This document shows positions 45,929 to 58,199 of a stretch of DNA of 64,000 bases, in pieces. The notes beneath the pieces are model-generated. The model was not told where the DNA came from, did no database searches, and worked only from the letters and a program-made list of their open reading frames with translations. This DNA comes from Octopus vulgaris. Lineage: Eukaryota. The stretch covers positions 110,174,001 to 110,238,000 of the forward strand of contig OX597819.1 of assembly GCA_951406725.2 (NCBI GenBank), written 5' to 3'. The number at the start of each line of letters is the position of its first letter. Positions within the stretch are counted from its first letter, which is position 1. A program made the translations under genes and the position numbers.

Positions 45929-46829
45929 TAAATAAATGGCACAACGAAGCACCGATATTATATATATATATATATACGAGCAAAACGCCCTCCCCCGTTC
46001 AATGGACGATGCTGATTTGTCAAACATTTAAATCAAATTTTCTCAAAACCACTTGTCCGAGCATCCCATAGGCCTCCTCTTTGAGAAACACTGATTTAAC
46101 CTAAATTTGAGATTACCAGCAAAAGAAGAAATAAAGACTTTTTTCTATTCTAAAGAAAAACGATTTTCTTCACATAAATATGCAACCGAAGAGTTTAAAG
46201 TACCAATAATGATAAGGCTGTTATGATAGTCTTTCCTTCCTTCATGCCAAGTTTGAAGAAAATATCTCTTTTGCATCTTACGTTTTTGGTTTCTTAAATA
46301 TACTGCATTTTGAGGCATTATTTCAAGCCAGCCGGCTTTTTTGCGCAAGCTGCCCGTGAATTTTTCTCGCGCATGCGTAGTATCGATCGCAACAGCTGAT
46401 ATACTTGCGCGTACAAATGCACGTTCCCACGGCTTTATCAATCGCATTCTCACCTGGAATCGATTTTCGTAATGTTTTCAAGACTTATACACGCACTGAT
46501 ACCGTCGGTATCTACACATCAAATTTGAGCGCAAATGGATGGAGGATGCCCGAGATCCTAGAAGACACACACACAGACAGACAGCAGAACGGATTTTATA
46601 TAATAGACATATATATATCAAAGTAAATTTCCAAAAATGGTAAAGAGGGATATATAATCCTAGCACATACCGTGCTCGCTCTTATCTGTTAACTCTGCTA
46701 GCTAACCTCAGTGAATGTAGATAAACCCCAGTTAGTTACATTTACTATACTCAGTTGATCCTCACTTCGGTAAATCCAAATGTTCTTATAAAGACTACAT
46801 TGTGTCGGTCGAGAAGAAATAATAAACTA

Positions 46830-47352
46830 ATAAATATCAGGAGAACAAAGACTGACCGGTCCAAGTTTTATAATACAGTTAATCACATCTTTCTTTGCCA
46901 CATTGCAAGCCGGTGCACACGGCAAATTGTTCATCTTGGTGTTAATCATCAGTACTGCTTCATCAAGGTCAGATTTAAATATAGCTCGGGTATCATCTGA
47001 ATAGAGTGTAAGCTCAACCAAAATTATTCTTTTGTGTAGTGTTAGCGTAAATAAAAATAGTCATAAAATCTTGAACTTTTAACCCGACAAAGATGTGAAC
47101 AACTGTATAATCAAACTTGGCTGTGTAAATATCTGTTCTCCTCATATTTATCAAAAGTTATCCAGAGTCCTTATCCGGTACCGGATCTATCCCAAAATCT
47201 AATCAGTTTGTGCCAGTCACGAGGCCAAACATCCCTAAAAGTTTCATCCGAATCCACCCAGTGGTTCTTGAGATATATTGTCCACGGACAAAGAAACTAA
47301 CAAACACGACTGAAAACAATACCTCCGCCTTCGCTGAGGCGGAGGTAATAAA
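46830..47352 (-). mobile_element. Probable Helentron-associated non-autonomous element
   Basis: Terminal hairpin tacctccgccttcgctgaggcggaggta (a related one at 25026-25053); internal inverted duplication 46830-46895 / 47088-47155. Confidence 0.45.
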
Positions 47353-47674
47353 TTATAAATTATAAAGCTCAAAAGAAGAAACGGAAGATGCCAAAGACTA
47401 GCTGTTTTTTGAGCTTATAATTTATAATTTATTTGTATTGTTTTATAAACAAAACTTTCAGCTTCCTAATATCATACAATAAATAAATTATTCATCCATA
47501 TTTGTCCGTTTTCTTTCTTTCATTATAATAATATATATTACTATAATAATCCCTAACATATCGTCGAGACTTTCTCCTTATATGATAGCAATTAACTAGT
47601 GGAAGTTTGGGATTATTAAATCCCTAATGAGGACCTCACATCCTCGAATTGACTATATACATACATACATATAT

Positions 47675-47728
<54 letters not shown>

Positions 47729-47730
<2 letters not shown>

Positions 47731-48482
47731 TCCTACTGATGATCTGTAGAGTTATTGTGTAAGTAAAATTGCATAATTTATTAACAGTGAAACAATTGTC
47801 TGGGGTTAATCTATATTTTTGTTATTTTTCATTTGTCCTGCTCGCTTACGTTCATAGTTGTGCTAAATTTTTCTTGAGAACAATTCTTAGTGGTTGAGAC
47901 CATTGCGGATCTATTTTTAGCATTATAGCGTCCACATAGTGGATTCTCTCTCATATTTGTGTATTAATATTTACTTAATCTCAGTTTTTATACACTAAAC
48001 CACTTGGTGTTAAATTGTTATTTATAAATTAATATCCAATTTTTTCACCCTTATTTTAATTATAAATTAATATGTTCTCAAACCGGCACTAACTATTGCA
48101 GTAAATTATTTATGCAGTATTTATTTCCGGTAATTTTGGCGCGCTAGAACGAGGGCATTTGAACATAACTGCGAATATAATAGGCCGAACTACTCGTGTT
48201 TTTGGCTTCGTGTTAATATCTGACGTGCAGTTCGACAAATTATATTTATGACGAATCCTACTGATGATCTGTAGATTTATTGTGTAAGTAAAATTGCATA
48301 ATTTATTAACAGTGAAACAATTATCTGGGGTTAATATATATTTTTGTTATTTTCTATTTGTCCTGCTCGCTTACGTTCATAGTTGTGCTAAATTTTTCTT
48401 GAGAACAATTCTTAGTGGTTGAGACCATTGCGGATCTATTTTTAGCGTTAGAGCGTCCACATAGTGGATTCTCTCTCATATT

Positions 48483-48490
<8 letters not shown>
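47729..48490 (+). ncRNA. Tandem hammerhead repeat (525-bp period), retrozyme- or Penelope-repeat-like
   Basis: Direct repeats 47729-47965 and 48255-48490, each starting ccta-CTGATGA...GAAACAATT(G/A)TC-tggg; related copy at 57760-57910. Confidence 0.7.
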
Positions 48491-48514
<24 letters not shown>

Positions 48515-48517
<3 letters not shown>

Positions 48518-49320
48518 AGGGTTGCGATGGGTAAATTCTCGCCATTTTATATTTTTAATTTCGCACGTGCGCTTTTTTCATTTTTGATTTTGTCGATAAC
48601 ACAGTATAGTAGGGTCAGTTGGGCGCCGTCTGTGAGAAAAAACAGCACCATGACGCACTTCACCCTGCTAGAAATTTGGAAACGACATGATTTACTGCTT
48701 GGTATTCGCGCCAAGACTCCAGCGCGAATATTTCAGAGTGTTTGGCTGTCAATCTGAGGACATGTACCAAGATTGAGAAAAAATCAAACATCTAGTCAAC
48801 ATCATGGTGTTTGGAGTGATCACGAGTGATGGCGACGTTATGCCTCCATTCATCTTCCCAAACGGCCTCACACTCAACACGGAGGCCTACATCAAATGCA
48901 TGAAGGAAGTAGTGCTGCCCGGGGTCAAGAGGCAGGGCTGCCAGAAGACCATATATCTGGCAACAGGACTCTGCACCATGACACATAAGCAGGAGAACCC
49001 AGTCATGGCTGTCAGACAATTGTTGCGACCACATCACCCCCAATATCTGGTCATCTAACTCCCCAGAATGCAATTCCCTTGATTATTATGTGTGGGGCAC
49101 AGTTGAGCGACAGACAACAAAACTCCTTGTAACAGCAAAGATGAACTGAAGGCAAGGATTATGGCAGCATTCACCGACTTAAACAAGGAGACTGTCCAGA
49201 AGAGTTGCGGGATATTCCGAAGTCGTCTGAAGGCCATGGTTGAAGCCAATGGCGATTTTATTGAATAAATTTACTCTTTAGTATTTTAAGATATCTTTAT
49301 GTAATTTTGGTAAATATATT
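48515..49320 (+). mobile_element. Tc1/mariner superfamily remnant (maT/DD37D-like)
   Basis: MVFGVITSDGDVMPPFIF, WQQDSAP, NSPECNSLDYYVWG. Confidence 0.8.
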
Positions 49321-49329
49321 ACATAACCG

Positions 49330-49502
49330 CAGGTGTGGCTGTGTGGTAAGTAACTTGCTTACCAACCACATGGTTCAGAGTTTAGTCCCACTGCGTGGCA
49401 CCTTGGGCAAGTGTCTTCTACTATAGCCTCGGGCCGACCAAAGCCTGGTGAGTAGATTTGGTAGACGGAAACTGAAAGAAGCCCGTCGTATATATGTATA
49501 TG

Positions 49503-49533
<31 letters not shown>

Positions 49534-49740
49534 TTGTGTGTCTGTGTTTGTCCCCCCAACATCGCTTGACAACCGATGCTGGTGTGTTTACGTCCCCGTA
49601 GCTTAGCGGTTCGGCAAAAGAGACCGATAGAATAAGTACTAGGCTTAAAAAGAATAAGTCCTGGGGTCGATTAGCTCGACTAAATCTGGTGCTCCAGCAT
49701 GGCCGCAATCAAATGAGTGAAACAAGTAAAAGAGTAAACG
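49330..49740 (+). mobile_element. tRNA-derived SINE family 1
   Basis: gtggctgtgtggtaag...gtcccactgcgtggcaccttgggcaagtg head, internal (TG)n, tail gaaacaagtaaaaga. Confidence 0.85.
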
Positions 49741-50146
49741 AGTAAAAAAATGAGATATTTGTTAAAATGATATGTCAATGTTATTTTCATTTCTGCCTAA
49801 TTCACACGACAGTTTATTTACAACACCCTGTATATATATTTACTCACACACACACAGACACACACACACACACACACACACACTCACTCACACACACACA
49901 CACACACATATGCATATACATACATTTCATATATATATATATGTGTGTATTCACATGTATCTACATAAAAGACATACAATAGGCGTGTATATGAAAATAC
50001 GGATTTAACGCGTATTCATCATATTTCCTTTAATCTCGCTACACCCGAGCCTCCATAGATGTGGATATGCGAATTGCAGACACATGCTTCTAAAAAGTAT
50101 TGCGACCAATAATGGCCTTAACTAAGTGGAAATTTATTTTACAAAC

Positions 50147-50227
50147 CTGGAGGAAGGGAGCTGTCACAGCTTCGGATCTGGTGGACGTAGACATTGAGAG
50201 TTCCCGAACTGTGAAGTAGGCTGTTTT
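50147..50227 (-). CDS. BCR/ABR-like exon, start of C2 domain (NSLLHSSGTLNVYVHQIRSCDSSLPP)
   Basis: Matches BCR GLYGFLNVIVHSATG; acceptor ctgttcag|, donor |gtttgt; 81 nt, phase 1->1. Confidence 0.8.
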
Positions 50228-50448
50228 CTGAACAGATACAATGAAAAAGATAGGCATATCAGGGAGTTGTATTTGAGAAGTGATAGACAGAAGAGCATTT
50301 GTGTTTAAATATGAATATAGGCGTAGGAGTGGCTGTGTGGTAAGTAGCTTGCTTATGAACCACTTGGTTCCGGGTTCAGTCTCACTGCGTGGCACCTTGT
50401 GAGTGGATTTCGTAAACGGAAACTAAAAGAATCCCGTCGTATATATGC

Positions 50449-50497
<49 letters not shown>

Positions 50498-50776
50498 TGT
50501 GTGTGTGTGTGTTTGTGTTTGTCCTCCCAACATCGCTTGACAACCGATGCTGGTGTGTTTACGTCATCGTAACTTAGCGGTTCGGCAAAAGAGACCGATA
50601 GAATAAGTACTAGGCTTACAAGGAATAATCCCTGGGGTCGATTTGCTCGACTAAAGGCGGTGCTCCAGCATAGCCGCAGTCATATGACTGAAACAAGTAA
50701 AATAGTATACAACTTCATACATACACATAAACATATGCACGCGCACATATAATATATATGCGTGTGTGTGTGTGTA

Positions 50777-50812
<36 letters not shown>

Positions 50813-51058
50813 AAATCGAAAGAATGAAAGGTAAAGTGTATAAATACATATACTTGCATCTACATAAATACATACATATATACACACAGACATGCATAGG
50901 AACATACACACCTATAGATACACAAGCATGCTGATATGGCTGTGTAAAGCATTACATGTCTATGTGCGTATGTGCTGTGTATATGTGTTTGTGATAGCAT
51001 GTGGTTCCGGGTTCGATCCGGTTATGTGAAAGCCTTTTTTTTTAACGTTTCATATATG

Positions 51059-51438
51059 GAAGCACTCCGTCGGTTACGACGATGAGGGTTCCGATTGATC
51101 CGAATCAACGGAACAGCCTGCTCGTGAAATTAACGTGCAAGTGGCTGAGCACTCCACAGACACGTGTACCCTTAACGTAGTTCTCGGGGATATTCAGCGT
51201 GACACAGAGAGTGACAAGGCCGGCCCTTTGAAATACAGGTACAACAGAAACAGGAAGTAAGAGTGAGAGAAAGTTGTGGTGAAAGAGTACAGCAGGGATC
51301 ACCACCATCCCCTGCCGGAGCCTTGTGGAGCTTTAGGTGTTTTCGCTCAATAAACACTCACAACGCCCGGTCTGGGAATCGAAACCGCGATCCTATGACC
51401 GCGAGTCCGCTGCCCTAACCACTGGGCCATTGCGCCTC
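51059..51438 (-). mobile_element. Young tRNA-derived SINE (family 4)
   Basis: Near-identical reverse complement of 54447-54826; flanked by TSD-like cgttt(t)catata. Confidence 0.9.
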
Positions 51439-51779
51439 CGTTTCATATAAGTATGGATGTGTGAATCGGTGTGCATATGCATATGTGTATATGTATGTGA
51501 GTATGTATGCATGCATGCATAAGTACTTACGTACATACATACAAACATACATACATTCATACATAGATGCACATATACGTATATTCATATCTCCGCATGC
51601 ATAAACATAGATATAGTCTAGATTACGGTTGTATAGTGGGAACAAACACAACAATGAAAGCAAGAAAAGGACATGTGCTTGGTAGAGGAGGTTACTCCTT
51701 TCCTATTCGAGACGGAGTGTTATCTCTCTCTTGCGGTTATGTCTATAAACTCAAACTGTGAACGGAAACATCCATTTAC

Positions 51780-51810
51780 TTGTATCAGTATCACATGGCA
51801 GCCGGTCGAT
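51780..51810 (-). CDS. BCR/ABR-like microexon, PH-C2 linker (IDRLPCDTDT-K)
   Basis: Acceptor ttttatgtgttgcag|, donor |gtaaat; 31 nt, phase 0->1; resembles BCR VHSIPLTINKE. Confidence 0.55.
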
Positions 51811-52453
51811 CTGCAACACATAAAATAAAAATATTTTAGAAGCATTTCAAATATGAATGAGTATGTGATTAGTATGCGCATGTGTGGTGAGGTGTAGGTG
51901 TGTGAGTTTATATTTGCGTACGATGGTGATAGTGATGAAACTGAACTCCCTATCGACTCAGGGTTCTGATTTTTTTTTTGTTTTTTGTTTTTTGTTCAAA
52001 TCTACAATGCATTTCGATCGGTTCGAATTCTAATCTTCACAGATGTTTTCTTTTAAGAAATGGACAGCAAACTGGCAGACACGTCGGACAAAATATCTTT
52101 ATACTGATGGTGCAGTATAAACTCGCATAAAACTGTTGCATGAAGGTGATGATGATGATGATGATGATGACAACGACGATGGAAATGGTGATATTGATCA
52201 AAACAGTAATAGTTGTTTCCAATTTTGGCTCAAGGCCATCAATTTGGGGTGGTGGGTGCAAGTCGAATACACCGGCACCAGTGTTCAGCTGGTACATATT
52301 TTATCGACCCTGAAAGGATGAAAAGTAAAATCAACCTCAACAGCATCTGAACACAGAACGTGGGGAACCAAAAACAATTGCTCCCAAACATTTTGTCCGA
52401 CGCGCTAATTATTCTGCTGGCACGCTGCTTTAATAATAATAATAATAATAATG

Positions 52454-52502
<49 letters not shown>

Positions 52503-52531
52503 TAATAATAATGATAATAATAATAATAATG

Positions 52532-52596
<65 letters not shown>

Positions 52597-52598
<2 letters not shown>

Positions 52599-53152
52599 GC
52601 CCTGGTGCAGTACCAGGCAGTGGCTCTCGTGGCTTCTGATCTTAACTGATTGGAAGTGTTATCATGTACATTGTTTTGTCTTGGTATAAAGGATGGGCTA
52701 CAGCAAATATTCTGCTCAATACCACAGATTTGCTTGTCAGTTGTTTGACCTTAACCAGTTGAGCATTCCCTTAGTGATTGACAGTATGTGCATCTCTGAT
52801 TACGTGCAGAAGTAGTGGAGGAACATCATAGCCGTGTGTTGAGAGGGATTCTTTGGGGTTTGAATAATTCACCTCTGGAAACATGGGTGTTTCGTTCAAC
52901 ATCCTTAAACAACCCTTATTCAGGGACCTTTTGAGCGGGATGGGCTACTCGACCAGAAAAAATTCTAGCTGGGCCCCCACCTGCAAGGTCATGTGCTGTT
53001 TATCTCGATATGAGATCACCATGTCGCGCACATATGGTTGTGATGCATGTGCCTGGTGTACCCTTATGAGACGGATAGTCATGATGAGTATACTGGGCTT
53101 CGTATATTTTACCCCAGTGTCACTTTGATGGCATGCACTGCTCTCTCACTCA
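52597..53152 (+). mobile_element. Non-coding insertion within a (TAA)n tract
   Basis: ~555 bp of complex sequence precisely interrupting (AAT)n on both sides. Confidence 0.6.
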
Positions 53153-53161
53153 ATAATAATG

Positions 53162-53229
<68 letters not shown>

Positions 53230-53251
53230 GGTATTATTTATTGGGGTTTAC

Positions 53252-53298
53252 CTTAGAATATTGAGAGATAAAATTCAGGCAAACATGGTATTCAGTTT
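53252..53298 (-). CDS. BCR/ABR-like microexon, PH-C2 linker (ETEYHVCLNFISQYSK)
   Basis: Acceptor tttacttttacag|, donor |gtaaac; 47 nt, phase 1->0. Confidence 0.6.
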
Positions 53299-53329
53299 CT
53301 GTAAAAGTAAATAGTAACAGTACAGTCCG

Positions 53330-54420
53330 ATGCTCTTCTCTTCATACAAGGCATCGTTATAAAACATTATACATTTCATATGTAAATGATAGACAATTCT
53401 CTGGATACCGACAAATAAGGAAATTATAAAACTAACCTCATCTCTATTGGAAGAACAATATTCTAAGGGGGCTTCCTCTCACTATTCCTTTTTTGTTTTG
53501 AGCTAATATATTTATCTAATAAGTTAAGCCAGACTGATACTCGGATGGAAATGATAAGAGAAGGGAGGACAATAAGCTATCTTCTGTAAAATGGCGGTCG
53601 TGAGTTAAATAAATAGTAACATTTACTAGAGACAGTACACGGGTTTAGGAAAGGAAAAGAAATGATTCGTAATTCGAACTAGAAAAGTGTGCCCGAGTAC
53701 TAATTTGTTATTAAATGGCAGAAAATAAAGTCAGCTACAGACTTATGAATACTTACGTTTCAGTGAACGACATAGATGAGAGAAAAGACTAGGAAATAAT
53801 ATTATAGACACATTAAATTAATACTTATAACTGTTTACGTTCTATTACATTTCAGAATACATACAACGTATCTAGTGCACCAACATGGTTAGATGGATTT
53901 CAGAGCAGGAATTTCTCATTCTTTCATTCATCCAAACTGAGTCTTGTCTTAGTAATTCCCACTTGAATGTAAAAACAAAAGCTAGAAAACATCATCACAA
54001 TACACTTGCATTGCTGAATTTGAAGTGAATGAAGAGCAACCATTCTTGCCATCATTTCTTTATATATATTCCATTGGTTATTGCGATCTGTGCTTCTAAA
54101 TAATAAGGTTAGTGACCTAACCATAAATGGGTCCTTCTAGTCAACGTAAATGTCTTTGTTGCGCTTCCATTAACATATTAACTAAATCTATTCCATCATC
54201 CAAAAATGTGCAATTCTGGAAGTATATTATTGACGGACAACTTAATATTACTTTATGTAGATTGGCGTATAAACAAATTCTTCGAAATTATTTAACTGCA
54301 TTAAGACCCAGTCAAATAACCAGTCGAAGCACTGTTTAAATTTAGTATCACAAATTGTGCTTCAATCAACGAGACGCAACGAAAGTGTTTTAAATCTAGT
54401 ATTTAGCAGCCATTCTACTA
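53330..54420 (+). mobile_element. Old non-LTR retrotransposon RT remnant
   Basis: Decayed sequence resembling GIFQGDSLSPLLF and ISHLLYMDD motifs at about 53455-53600. Confidence 0.45.
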
Positions 54421-54446
54421 TTGTCCATGATAGATTAGTCCATGGT

Positions 54447-54826
54447 GAGGCGCAATGGCCCAGTGGTTAGGGCAGCGGACTCGCGGTCGTAGGATCGCGG
54501 TTTCGATTCCCAGACCGGGCGTTGTGAGTGTTTATTGAGCGAAAACACCTAAAGCTCTACGAGGCTCCGGTAGGGGATGGTGGTGATCCCTGCTGTACTC
54601 TTTCACCACAACTTTCTCTCACTCTTACTTCCTGTTTCTGTTGTACCTGTATTTCAAAGGGCCGGCCTTGTCACTCTCTGTGTCATGCTGAATATCCCCG
54701 AGAACTACGTTAAGGGTACATGTGTCTGTGGAGTGCTCAGCCACTTACACGTTAATTTCACGAGCAGGCTGTTCCGTTGATCGGATCAACCGGAACTCTC
54801 GTCGTCGTAACCGACGGAGTGCTTCC
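54447..54826 (+). mobile_element. Young tRNA-derived SINE (family 4)
   Basis: A box tggcccagtgg, B box gtttcgattcc; TSD tccatggt on both sides. Confidence 0.9.
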
Positions 54827-55048
54827 CAATCCATGGTACGCGGCAATAATAGTTTTCTATTATTTCTTTACACGCAAACCAATATATTCACCTCAACCAA
54901 CCTATTTTTCAAAATGGATCTTCTTAAATCAAACTGTGAGGTAATCATATTTGACCTAACGTTCAGGGATTGGCAGAAGTTTCTTTCGGATATGATTTGA
55001 AATATATGTTCAAATCACAGTCCCAAATAAATCCTATAAATTAAACTT

Positions 55049-55110
<62 letters not shown>

Positions 55111-55356
55111 GGAAAGAGAGAAACTGAAAGTAGATAGAGGAAGAGAGAGTGAGAATGAGAATTTGGAGAGACAGGGAGAGAGAGTAAGAATGTAGCGAGA
55201 GAGGGAGAGAGAAAGAGAAAGAAAGAGAAAGAGAGAGATAAAGTGAGAGTGAGAAGATTGAGAGAAAGAGGGAGAGAGAGAAGGTACAGTGAGAAGATAG
55301 AGAGAGGGGGAGAAAGAGTGGGAATGTAGAGAGACAGGGAGAGTGTGTGGGAAGGT

Positions 55357-55391
<35 letters not shown>

Positions 55392-55939
55392 GAGAGAGGG
55401 AGGGGGAGAGAGGAGTAATCAGGAAAGTGAAAGGATTTTATTAAAACAGTTAATCAACTAGGATACAACCAGCGGCAACATCGACAATAGACGCTAATAA
55501 CACTAGAATAGAGAAAAAGATCTTCAGATCAGCATCAAAATAACAAGGCTTGTCAATTTACAGTTCACATGATGGTGCTATTAAATTAGACTGGGCACTG
55601 GCCAATACTGACAGGCCAATACTGATAGGGCACTGGCCAATACTGACACTTATAAGTTTATCTAAGTTAATGTACTTAAGTTTTACAAAAATCCTTCCAC
55701 TGCCGCTGATTACAGTTGCAGGATATTATGTTGAGATATTTGACCACCTTCTGTCTTGGAGAGGAGCGAAGCAGGAAAACAGGGGCTTATCTAGTTTTAA
55801 CAGTTAGGTAAATTAGCTTATTGGAAGTTGACTATGCTGACTATAAATGAACTACTGACTCCAAACATTTTTTTACCGACCCAGCTGTGTCACACGAAAA
55901 ATAAATGAATGCATGAATGGATAGTAAATAATATCTCAC

Positions 55940-56078
55940 CTCCACAGCGGGAGTTGCTGATCAGATCCTTCCAGGTGAGCAGTTCTACAAGGGAAGAGAA
56001 GAGGAACATATTTTTGTGTCCGTTTTGCTCCTGGATGATCAATCTTAAGCTGGGTACAAGAAGAGTCAATTCATACTC
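55940..56078 (-). CDS. BCR/ABR-like exon, PH domain C-terminus (EYELTLLVPSLRLIIQEQNGHKNMFLFSSLVELLTWKDLISNSRCG)
   Basis: Aligns by eye to BCR [42 protein letters not shown]; acceptor ccacag|, donor |gtgaga; 139 nt, phase 0->1. Confidence 0.85.
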
Positions 56079-57438
56079 CTGTGGAATTATAATATCATTA
56101 GCAGCAAATGTAAATAAACTCGTTGGCAACAAAATAGAAAGAAAAATCAATTCGTAAAATGTAGTTGTAATTCACAAATACCATGTTTAAGTTCAGAGTG
56201 AAACACTGCACCACATTTAAAAATAAAATCAAAAGCGTTGTGTGACTGAGTGTGCTTTATTGTCCTCGGTCATGCAGAGATATGATATATAAGAATCGGT
56301 GAATTTATGGATTATGTTCGTCTGCCAGACAACATACTCAATTGAGCTTTTCTTTATCAAGGTTCATTTAAGGTTACTTAACAAGAACAAGAACGACAAC
56401 AACGACGAAAGAGAAGGCCACAGGAATGTAGCACTAAAGAAGACCGTCTGTATATACAGCATTGACACCACCACCACTACAAACACAACCACCATCACCA
56501 CCACCTACACCATCTCACAGCCACCACCATCTCACCCCCAGCTACAACAACAGCAACAACAGCAACAATTTCTTTTATTTGCCACTCCACTAAGATGACT
56601 ATTAAGGGTAGCCATTACGAAGACCTCATAAGGTTTCTGGTATTTCATTTCGTTGACCCGGAAAGATAAAAGGTGAACTTCACCTCATGGGGTATTGAAC
56701 TCAGAAGATATAGGGTCATAACTAAATGCCATGTAACATTTCATCTGTTGCTACGCTAGCGATTCAAACATTCGATTTAAATGAACATCGATAGCTGATA
56801 GTATTAATGGTAAAACCGATCAAAGAATAGTGAAGCACAAGGTTGATCGGACATTAAGAACATGCCTAACTATTTCATGGCGAGCTCTACTGCTTCCACA
56901 ACTCCTTTCTGACTGTTTATAAGGTTAACAAAGGAGCCTGCGAGAAATGACATTCAAATCTCCCTTACTTCATACACTATCGCATCAAATTAAAACAAAA
57001 CGAAGAGGAAGTATACATTGGATGGCATGGGTCACTACTTGAAAACAAGGATGAGAGTAGGGTCACGAGTGATATGGCCTTCTTAGTATGTTTAATCCAC
57101 CATGAACGTTTTGGGATAAAAAAAACTACCACTAGTTCATTCCTCACTGATGCTATCTCGGTATAACAGCAATCAGCATAAAGTGTGCTATGACATCTCA
57201 CCTTAATTATTTGCATTTTACCGTTGTCCATGTACAAGCACGCAAACACACTGATAGAAAAACACAAAACAAGGATGAACGCACTTCTTACGAAATTAGA
57301 CACTGACATAGACACACGCATATATACACACACAAACACTTACATCTCAAGAATTTCGAGATTATAATGTTGGAACCGTTATTAAGATACATACTTGGAA
57401 GAATTTGTACGCCAAAATAAGCGAATGAAGATACTTAC

Positions 57439-57492
57439 GTATCTATGCAGGGATTTCTGCCAACAATTTAATTGCCATTTGTATACTGGTTT
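57439..57492 (-). CDS. BCR/ABR-like exon (KPVYKWQLNCWQKSLHRY)
   Basis: Acceptor ttttcgttccag|, donor |gtaagt; 54 nt, phase 0->0, open frame. Confidence 0.72.
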
Positions 57493-58199
57493 CTGGAACG
57501 AAAACATACAAATTTACATTTGTATGTATGTATATATATATATATATATTTAAAATAATAAGGGTGAACAATTGAATATTAATTTGATTAATATCATTTA
57601 AAACCAGCGGTCTAACATATTAAAATCTGAAGATTCAAAAAAATTATATTACATACTTATAAGAGGGATGACAACTACGTGGTCATCCATTATGCTAGAA
57701 GTAGATCCGCTATGCTCTTACCACTAAGAAAGGAATGTTCTCAAGAAAAGACGATCATACTGATGAGCTACAGACAATTACGTTAGTGGCAATAACGAAA
57801 TTGGTTTGTGATTAATCTATATTTTGTTTCTTTTCATTTGTCTTGCTCGCTTACGTTCTGGCATTTGTTGAATTTTCTTGAGAACATTTCTTTCTTAGTG
57901 GTAAGACCATAGTAATGTCCATATACCGTTGTATTCACTTTTGCTCCGTTTCGTGACCGTATCATGTACAACAGGGCCCCAGTGAATTTCATAGGCATCA
58001 TTGTATTTGGATGCTACATAATTGCTGATGGGGTAGAATTACATTAATAATCGGGATGTAATTGTACAACAGAAAATGACGAGGTAGGTCATGCTCTATT
58101 GGTTTGGCACCAGAAGTGAATTACGAGACTAATAATTTCACGCAAGACGTTCCTTATTTGACACAATAGTTTAGATATAAAGTGAAAAATATTCTTTTC

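Noticed and set aside
46827-47021. 64-aa ORF with plausible splice sites
   Set aside because: Phase is incompatible with neighbouring exons, and part of it is duplicated in inverted form within a repeat element.
54447-54520. tRNA-like sequence
   Set aside because: It is the head of a SINE with body and TSD; no proper acceptor stem.
56977-57339. 120-aa minus-strand ORF
   Set aside because: No homology recognised and not needed for frame continuity of the gene model.
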